From Parcubacteria group bacterium GW2011_GWC2_48_17 (GTDB lineage Bacteria; Patescibacteriota; Minisyncoccia; Phycocordibacterales; UBA10002): DNA of 64,000 bases. Made by a program: the position numbers and the translations under genes. The notes beneath the pieces are model-generated. The model ran no database searches, was not told the origin of the DNA, and worked only from the letters and a program-made list of their open reading frames with translations. This document shows positions 57,912-64,000 of the stretch, piece after piece. Positions within the stretch are counted from its first letter, which is position 1. Every line of letters starts with the position of its first letter. The stretch covers positions 7,976 to 71,975 of the forward strand of contig LCPL01000001.1 of NCBI GenBank assembly GCA_001003605.1. The letters are read 5' to 3'.

Positions 57912-58346
57912 ATGTTAATTGGCGAATATACCCACACCGTAGACGATAAGAATCGGCTTTCACTACCCGCCAAATTTCGGGCTGAGATGGGGAAGAAGAT
58001 AGTGCTGACGCGAGGGCTCGACAGATGCGTGGCGATTTTCACGAAAAAGGAGTGGGAAAAGATTGCGGCCAAGCTCTCGGAGTCCAGTATGCTACAAGCT
58101 GACAGTCGGAGCTTTAACCGTTTTATGTTCGGAGGGGCCGTTGAGACTGAAGTTGATTCCATCGGGCGCGTACTCATTCCGGATTTCTTGAAAGAGTGGG
58201 GAAGTCTCGGGACGAAAGTAGTCGTCATCGGAGTGCAAAACCGAGTTGAGATTTGGAACGAGAGGGCCTGGGAAGCCAATAAAGAGACGATTGAGAAGCA
58301 GGCAGATACGCTGGCGGAGAAGTTGGGCCAAGTGGGCGTACTCTAA
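57912..58346 (+). CDS. mraZ: Division/cell wall cluster transcriptional repressor MraZ
   Basis: GEYTHTVDDKNRL.LPAKFR, D..GRVLIP and IGV.NRVEIW motifs. Confidence 0.97.
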   Translation: MLIGEYTHTVDDKNRLSLPAKFRAEMGKKIVLTRGLDRCVAIFTKKEWEKIAAKLSESSMLQADSRSFNRFMFGGAVETEVDSIGRVLIPDFLKEWGSLGTKVVVIGVQNRVEIWNERAWEANKETIEKQADTLAEKLGQVGVL

Positions 58347-58434
58347 GAAGAGCAGAACAATTGACCATTAACATTTAACAATTGACCACAATGCAATAAA
58401 AGGTAGTTTCTTCGAGTCAAATGTTAATTGTCAC

Positions 58435-59409
58435 ATGTCAATGGCGCACATACCTGTTCTTTTACAAGAAGTCATCGAAGGTTTGCAGATAAGGAACGGC
58501 GACTTTGTTCTTGACGCCACGGTTGGGGGCGGAGGACACAGTGAGGCGTTGTGCCGTGCCATAGGCAAAGATACTCAGCGACCAAGCTCCTATCCACGAG
58601 GGTCGAGGCTCTCGAGAGCGGGGCTAACGACGTTCATTTGCCTAGACGCGGACGAAGATGCGATAAACAGAAGCCGTCAAAGACTCGAGGATTGCGTACG
58701 CCGGCAGGATTGTCAGGACTGCAACTTTCTTTTTGAGAGGACCAACTACCGCGAGCTTGATAAAGCTCTCGCGGGATTTGGTGTCAGAGGCATCAATCGA
58801 GTGCTCTTTGACCTCGGACTGTCCAGTTTCCAGCTTGAGGAGAGCGGAAGAGGATTCTCATTCATGCGCGACGAGCCGCTCGAAATGACCTTTGAGAAAA
58901 ATCCAGAAAAAAGCGCGGTTACAGCGAAGACGATTGTGAACGAATGGAGCGAGGAAACGATTGCGACGCTACTAGAAAGTTATGGAGACGAAAGACATGC
59001 GAGGAGCATTGCAAGGAAAATCGTGGAGGCGAGGGAACACACGCTCATCTCCACGACCTTCCAGCTTGCGTCGCTGGTTGCGTCGGTTGTGAGGCGGAGG
59101 GGCAGGATTCATCCCGCTACAAAAACCTTTCAGGCGCTTCGTATCGCGGTTAACGATGAATTTCAGGGGCTCAAGGACGGGATATCCAAGGCGTGGGAAG
59201 CATTGCTCCCGATGGGACGAATTGCAGTCATTTCTTTTCAAAGTTTAGAGGACCGCCTGGTCAAGAATTTTTTTAGAGAACTTAACAAAACTGGAGCTGG
59301 AAAATTGATAAACAAAAAACCGATCGTGCCGACAGAAGGTGAATTGGCAAGCAATCCTCGGTCTCGAAGCGCGAAGTTGCGGATCATAGAAAAGATAAAG
59401 AATATCTAA
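58435..59409 (+). CDS. rsmH: 16S rRNA m4C1402 methyltransferase
   Basis: HIPVLL.E, DAT.G.GGHS, DLGLSS.QL, HPATKTFQALRIAVN and NPRSRSAKLR motifs. Confidence 0.96.
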   Translation: MSMAHIPVLLQEVIEGLQIRNGDFVLDATVGGGGHSEALCRAIGKDTQRPSSYPRGSRLSRAGLTTFICLDADEDAINRSRQRLEDCVRRQDCQDCNFLFERTNYRELDKALAGFGVRGINRVLFDLGLSSFQLEESGRGFSFMRDEPLEMTFEKNPEKSAVTAKTIVNEWSEETIATLLESYGDERHARSIARKIVEAREHTLISTTFQLASLVASVVRRRGRIHPATKTFQALRIAVNDEFQGLKDGISKAWEALLPMGRIAVISFQSLEDRLVKNFFRELNKTGAGKLINKKPIVPTEGELASNPRSRSAKLRIIEKIKNI

Positions 59410-59529
59410 TTTCGAATACCAAATATCGAAAAATATCGAATTCTTAAATATTAAACTATTCGAAATTAAGATTTTTTTCGAGATTCGAAGTTGGATATTC
59501 GAGATTAAATAGGAAATATTTTACGGAAG

Positions 59530-59856
59530 ATGAAAACGATAAAGAAAAATCTGAAGCGATTTGAAAAACACGGCAAGAAGCTTTTTTGGTCTTTGGCCTG
59601 TCTTTTGCTGTTGGCTACCTCATTCTATGTATATTTAATGAATACCGCTGCGCTCAACGGCGTGCGTTGGGAAGGAGCCGAGAAGGAAATTATGTCTATC
59701 GAAGCCACAGTGTCAGAGCTTGAATCAGAGTACCTTTCTTTAAAGCAATCGGTGACTCTTTCCACGGCATATGCCATGGGGTTTGAAGATGTGAAAGCCA
59801 TTAAATTCATTTCAGCCAAGAAGGTTGGCACTGTGGCCGCAGTAAATGAAATCTAA
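59530..59856 (+). CDS. FtsL-like cell division protein
   Basis: TM plus coiled-coil plus A..MGF, positioned between rsmH and the PBP gene. Confidence 0.7.
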   Translation: MKTIKKNLKRFEKHGKKLFWSLACLLLLATSFYVYLMNTAALNGVRWEGAEKEIMSIEATVSELESEYLSLKQSVTLSTAYAMGFEDVKAIKFISAKKVGTVAAVNEI

Positions 59857-60041
59857 GAGACTGTCTGAAAAGCTATCGCAATCCAAAGCCGCGCCAGATT
59901 CGAGGAAAAAACGGTGAAGACAAGGGAGGTGTAGACCGCTACTCCGACCGAGGATGAGTCGTTTTTTACCGAATCTGGCGCGGCGACGATGCGAAATGGC
60001 TTCAACAATAATTTCCATGGTAGCTTTTCAGACAGTTTCTA
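59854..60041. mobile_element. TA-flanked structured repeat element, copy B
   Basis: gagactgtctgaaaagcta ... tagcttttcagacagtttc termini; interior homologous to 51798-52005. Confidence 0.8.
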
Positions 60042-61714
60042 ACCCCAAATTCTTGTTTCGCGCGCGGCTTATAAGCGTAATGTGTGTTGCCGCCGCTTTT
60101 CTTCTGCTGGCTCAATTGTATTCAGTGCAAATTGTGAACGGGAGCGAGTACTCCGAAAAAGCAGAACGGCAATACTCGCGCCCAAATCAGGAACTCTGGA
60201 GCAGAGGCTCCATTTTCTTTTCAACGCGAAGCGGCGAACTCGTATCAGCCGCCACGCTCAAAACGGGTTTTACGCTAGTTATCCGTCAGAGTGAGATAAC
60301 CGATAGAGAGGCCGTGTGGAACGCTCTTTCAAGGTATGTTGCTCTTGATAAAGATGATTTTCTTGCAAAGATGTCAAAGCGCTCTCACGGAGGTGAGGAG
60401 AGAATAGCTCGCAAACTCGGAACTGACGTCGCTCCTTTAATTGATAAGTTAGGATTGAAGGGGGTCTACTTATACAAAGAAAGATGGCGCTTTTATCCAG
60501 GCGGACGTCTTTCGGCGAATCTCTTGGGTTTCGTCGGATTCGACGGCGACATTCTCTTAGGTCAGTATGGGTTGGAGCGTTACTACAATGACACTCTATC
60601 TCGCGACTCCGGCGGCCTATACAAGAACTTTTTTGCCGAGATTTTTTCCGGCGTCAAAAAAGCTGTCGGACCTGGCCGCTCCGAAGGGGACATAGTTACC
60701 TCGATTGAACCGAGCGTGGAAAGCTTTCTTGAAAATACTCTTGCCGAGCTTCAAGAAACCTTTACCGCGAATCGCGTAGGGGGAATAATTATGGATCCTA
60801 GCACCGGTCGCATCTATGGAATGGCGCTTTCTCCGTCTTTTGACCCAAACAGTTATGGCAAGGTGGAAAGTGTTTACGAGATGGGTTCCATCATAAAGCC
60901 AATTACGATAGCAGTCGGACTTGATGCCAAGGTCATAACCGCCACCAGCACTTACTACGATGCCGGTTTTTTGACGCTAAACAATAAAACCATCTCCAAC
61001 TTTGACGGCAAAGGCCGCGGAAGAGTTTCTATGCAGGAAGTGCTTAACCAATCGCTCAATACCGGAGCTGTTACTGTCGCGCTTAAACTTGGCAAGGATA
61101 ATTTTCGCGAGTACTTTAAAAAGTTCGGACTCGGTGAGGAAACCGGGATAGACCTTCCTGCGGAAGCGGCTGGTCTTGTGAGGAACCTGGAAAGCGGCAG
61201 GGATATTGAGCTTGCCACCGCCTCATACGGCCAGGGCATCGCCCTTACTCCCATTCAAACCGTGCGCGCCCTTTCCGCGCTCGGGAACGGCGGATATCTT
61301 GTAACGCCGCATATTGTGACGGAAATAAAATATAAAACAGGCGTGCGCCGTTCCGTCGAAAGCAGCGATAGAAAACAGATTTTAAAGCCGGAAACATCAA
61401 CGGAGATTTCACGCATGCTCGTAGAGGTTGTAGACACCGCGCTTTTGCATGGCGCGTACAAAATGGAACGCCACAGCATCGCTGCCAAGACAGGGACCGC
61501 GCTTATCGCCAATCCGGACGGAGGAGGATACTATGAAGACAGATTTCTGCACTCGTTTTTCGGGTATTTCCCGGCGTATAATCCAAGCTTCATCGTCTTT
61601 CTGTATGCAGTTGAACCTAAGGGAGTAGAGTTCGCGTCAGCTTCTCTTACAGCGCCATTCATGAACATCGCGAAATTTTTGATAAACTATTACGAAATCC
61701 CACCAGACCGGTAG
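60017..61714 (+). CDS. ftsI: Class B penicillin-binding protein (FtsI/PBP3-like); start uncertain because of the inserted element
   Basis: RG.I, R.YP, G..GLE.YY, YEMGSIIK (SxxK), SLN and KTGTA motifs; dcw position. Confidence 0.88.
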   Translation: MVAFQTVSNPKFLFRARLISVMCVAAAFLLLAQLYSVQIVNGSEYSEKAERQYSRPNQELWSRGSIFFSTRSGELVSAATLKTGFTLVIRQSEITDREAVWNALSRYVALDKDDFLAKMSKRSHGGEERIARKLGTDVAPLIDKLGLKGVYLYKERWRFYPGGRLSANLLGFVGFDGDILLGQYGLERYYNDTLSRDSGGLYKNFFAEIFSGVKKAVGPGRSEGDIVTSIEPSVESFLENTLAELQETFTANRVGGIIMDPSTGRIYGMALSPSFDPNSYGKVESVYEMGSIIKPITIAVGLDAKVITATSTYYDAGFLTLNNKTISNFDGKGRGRVSMQEVLNQSLNTGAVTVALKLGKDNFREYFKKFGLGEETGIDLPAEAAGLVRNLESGRDIELATASYGQGIALTPIQTVRALSALGNGGYLVTPHIVTEIKYKTGVRRSVESSDRKQILKPETSTEISRMLVEVVDTALLHGAYKMERHSIAAKTGTALIANPDGGGYYEDRFLHSFFGYFPAYNPSFIVFLYAVEPKGVEFASASLTAPFMNIAKFLINYYEIPPDR

Positions 61715-62043
61715 GGGAAGCGTTTAGTCCGCTAGCTGGCGGATAGCGTTTAGCGTTTAGTTGAAAAGTGTCACCGAATATTCCCTAAATCTCCTTTCTC
61801 TTTCTACATTCCTGTCTACGTGGGTAGCCTACTTTCTACCTACTACTCTCTGCTCACTGTGGATAAAGGTGTGGATAAGCCTATTGACAAAACACTAAAT
61901 GGATATATGGTATAACATAGTATTTGGCTCATTGGAAAACCATTCGTTCGGCCGTTCCACAAGGTCAGCAGTATCAGCATATGATGACTTTGCGGAGCGG
62001 CCGAAAACAACAAACAACAACGGTCGCCACACAGAAAGGCACC

Positions 62044-62643
62044 ATGAAAAAGACAGTACTAGTAACAGCGGCCGCAATGGCTTTTATTGCCCTGTTGGCC
62101 AGCGGGTGCGGAAGCACACAAGTCAGCAAAGCTCCCGCCAGCAATCAACCCGGCTTAGCTGGGACAACGCATCCTTCTCCGGAGAAGGCGGTTCCGGGAC
62201 TTGTGAACATCGGCCCCAAGATGTCGCCACAGGAGGTGGCGACGAAACTCATCAAAGGGGAGACTACCCTGGCTGAGGTTAATGTCCTCCTTGGGCCTCC
62301 ACAAGATGCGGTGATGACAGGGAGTGAGAACGGACAGACCGTGGTGTACCGGTGGAGAAAGGAGCTTGCAGAGGAGCCATGGATCGATATGAAGGAGACG
62401 GTAACTTCAAGCCTCCCCGGGCCGTTTTCGCTCATATCTGCTTTCGGAGTCAAGAAAAAGGTCGCCGATCGTAAGGCGCAGATGGCGGCGGTGAAAGACT
62501 CATTCAGGAGCCTGACGCTGGAGTTTGACGATAATGGAAAGCTGAAACGATTTTTGTTCAGCCCACCAGTCGTTACGACACCGGTGTCATCTTCGGAGGC
62601 GATCTCTCCACCGTCGCTGGTTGCGACGACGCCAGCTCGCTGA
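62044..62643 (+). CDS. Putative lipoprotein (SmpA/OmlA-like fold possible)
   Basis: Lipobox LASGC; G.TT..EV..LLG.P and L..EFD..G motifs; TTGACA/TATAAC promoter upstream. Confidence 0.65.
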   Translation: MKKTVLVTAAAMAFIALLASGCGSTQVSKAPASNQPGLAGTTHPSPEKAVPGLVNIGPKMSPQEVATKLIKGETTLAEVNVLLGPPQDAVMTGSENGQTVVYRWRKELAEEPWIDMKETVTSSLPGPFSLISAFGVKKKVADRKAQMAAVKDSFRSLTLEFDDNGKLKRFLFSPPVVTTPVSSSEAISPPSLVATTPAR

Positions 62644-62670
62644 GGAAGAAATTGGTTTTTCAGGCAGAAC

Positions 62671-62703
62671 GTCCACTACCACCTTGGTAGTGGACGCTTT
62701 TTA
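62671..62703 (+). terminator. Intrinsic terminator
   Basis: gtccactacca-cct-tggtagtggac followed by a T-run. Confidence 0.7.
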
Positions 62704-62763
62704 TTTGTTCGTATCCGTGTCCGTAACCATTTTCTAGCAAGCTAAAAAGCTAGTTCGCTAAGG

Positions 62764-64000
62764 TTAGATTTCCTGATAGTTAGGATTACCCTGCACTCTA
62801 ATCGCGGAGGAACACTCTGACGACTCCGAAAGCCCAACCAGAGACACTGTAGCGCTCTTCAATCCAGAAGTTCTATACACCTTAGTAATGACCTGTTCGT
62901 CTCCAGAAAGGTTGTCATCACCCGACCATTCATAAGTATAATTGCCGGCCGGATTGGGCACAGCCGTCCATGTGACAGTCTCTCCCATCCTTATAACTTG
63001 CGGACTTCCACTGCATGTAAGGGAATCAGGCGCTGGCCGAGGTATGACATTCACTGGCGTAGGCGACTGTTTTGTAACAGGCAAACAATTGGGCGCCGAA
63101 ACTGTAACCGTGGCGTCGTAACTCCCCAGGCTTTCATATGTGTGTGTTACCGTTTGCCCTGTCCCGCTCAAAGAATCGTCTCCAGTCCAAGAATAACTGA
63201 AAGGCCCGTGGCACTCTCCGAAAGGAGTCGCCGTCCAAGTTACATCCCCGCCCGGGTAGGATGGGTTGGGCGCTGGAACAACAGTCGTGTCAATCTCCGG
63301 CTCCGCTGCACATTTGGTTGCGTTGACGGTATTGGAATTATCTGAACGGCTGGAACCGGCAACGGCAACAACATAATAGGAATGCGTTCCCGCCGTTGCC
63401 GCGGAATCAGTGTAACTGAGCTGGTTAGCGGTTACCTCGGCTAAAATTATGCCATCGCGATAAATCTCGTAACCTTCAGCGCCCAACACCGCACTCCAAT
63501 CCAATTTAATATCGTCTAAACAATCACTGCCACCTTCGCCGCCCGGGCCGGGACCCTCGGTCGGCTCATCCAATACCGGCGCGTCGAGCGACGACTCGTC
63601 AACAATAATTCTTATATAACCGCTCGTCCAGTGGTGGACGTCAAAGTAGTAATTATCAACCTTGATGTCAATCCGATAAGTTCCCGGCTCCGAAGGGGCT
63701 GTAAGCGGAAAGGAGTATGACTGGGTGATAACGTTGTCTCCCTCTGGGATCTCGGATATATATGTTTTGGTCTCGCCATCCAAGACAATGGTCCATGTGG
63801 TCACGCCAATGCCGATCGCATTTGAGCAATACTGATAGGTTTGCCTTACTTCCAAATTGAAAGCAGCGTCGGGAGTAAGATGGCTCCTATCAATTGGATT
63901 GTTCACGAATACGTCGGGCTCCAAATCGTACGTAGAACTACTGCATCCGGTGAACGTGCCTCCCGTGAATGTACACCTCGCTTGGGCAACTTCCGGTGCC
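62764..64000 (-). CDS. Surface protein with FN3 and PKD/Ig-like domains; N-terminus outside the window
   Basis: Frame is open to the window end (APEVAQARC...); W..V.GA.GY.IYR FN3-like segment and two YSW.GDD.LSG PKD-like repeats. Confidence 0.8.
   Translation of the reverse strand, partial: APEVAQARCTFTGGTFTGCSSSTYDLEPDVFVNNPIDRSHLTPDAAFNLEVRQTYQYCSNAIGIGVTTWTIVLDGETKTYISEIPEGDNVITQSYSFPLTAPSEPGTYRIDIKVDNYYFDVHHWTSGYIRIIVDESSLDAPVLDEPTEGPGPGGEGGSDCLDDIKLDWSAVLGAEGYEIYRDGIILAEVTANQLSYTDSAATAGTHSYYVVAVAGSSRSDNSNTVNATKCAAEPEIDTTVVPAPNPSYPGGDVTWTATPFGECHGPFSYSWTGDDSLSGTGQTVTHTYESLGSYDATVTVSAPNCLPVTKQSPTPVNVIPRPAPDSLTCSGSPQVIRMGETVTWTAVPNPAGNYTYEWSGDDNLSGDEQVITKVYRTSGLKSATVSLVGLSESSECSSAIRVQGNPNYQEI

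Noticed and set aside
61855-61880. Replication origin
   Set aside because: Only two DnaA boxes, no adjacent dnaA/dnaN and no clear unwinding element.
1-64000. Alternative genetic code (UGA=Gly as in Gracilibacteria/SR1)
   Set aside because: Conserved genes are intact under code 11 and several, including gyrA and mreC, end in TGA.

Overview
A 64-kb segment that reads as a Candidate Phyla Radiation (Patescibacteria, probably Parcubacteria) chromosome. This is inferred from gene content: a T4SS/VirB2-like pilin array, DUF2914, DUF5667, two mreB genes, a PaaX/Cas2-like orphan gene and short housekeeping proteins. Bases 1 to about 18.9 kb are an integrative element. It carries a large serine recombinase (truncated at the window edge), a primase-polymerase/helicase, a putative single-strand annealing protein, two ArdC-like genes and defence cargo (GmrSD-HEPN fusion, type III R-M, HEPN-like and NYN proteins). 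The rest is mostly core genome: gyrA, mreB x2, mreC, mrdA, frr, rseP, proS, greA, lysS and mraZ-rsmH-ftsL-ftsI. It also holds an ECF sigma/anti-sigma unit, seven tandem pilins, two toxin-antitoxin pairs and surface proteins. The most unusual signal is non-coding. Most core intergenic regions carry 7/8-nt-periodic repeat arrays, often inverted, which also bracket both four-helix-bundle genes. A 36-38-bp palindrome family brackets the PaaX/Cas2-like gene, and 11-bp inverted repeats bracket a GIY-YIG gene. Several dispersed structured elements are also present, one pair showing clear compensatory covariation. No rRNA, tRNA or CRISPR array was found. All family assignments come from motif recognition by eye, not from database searches.
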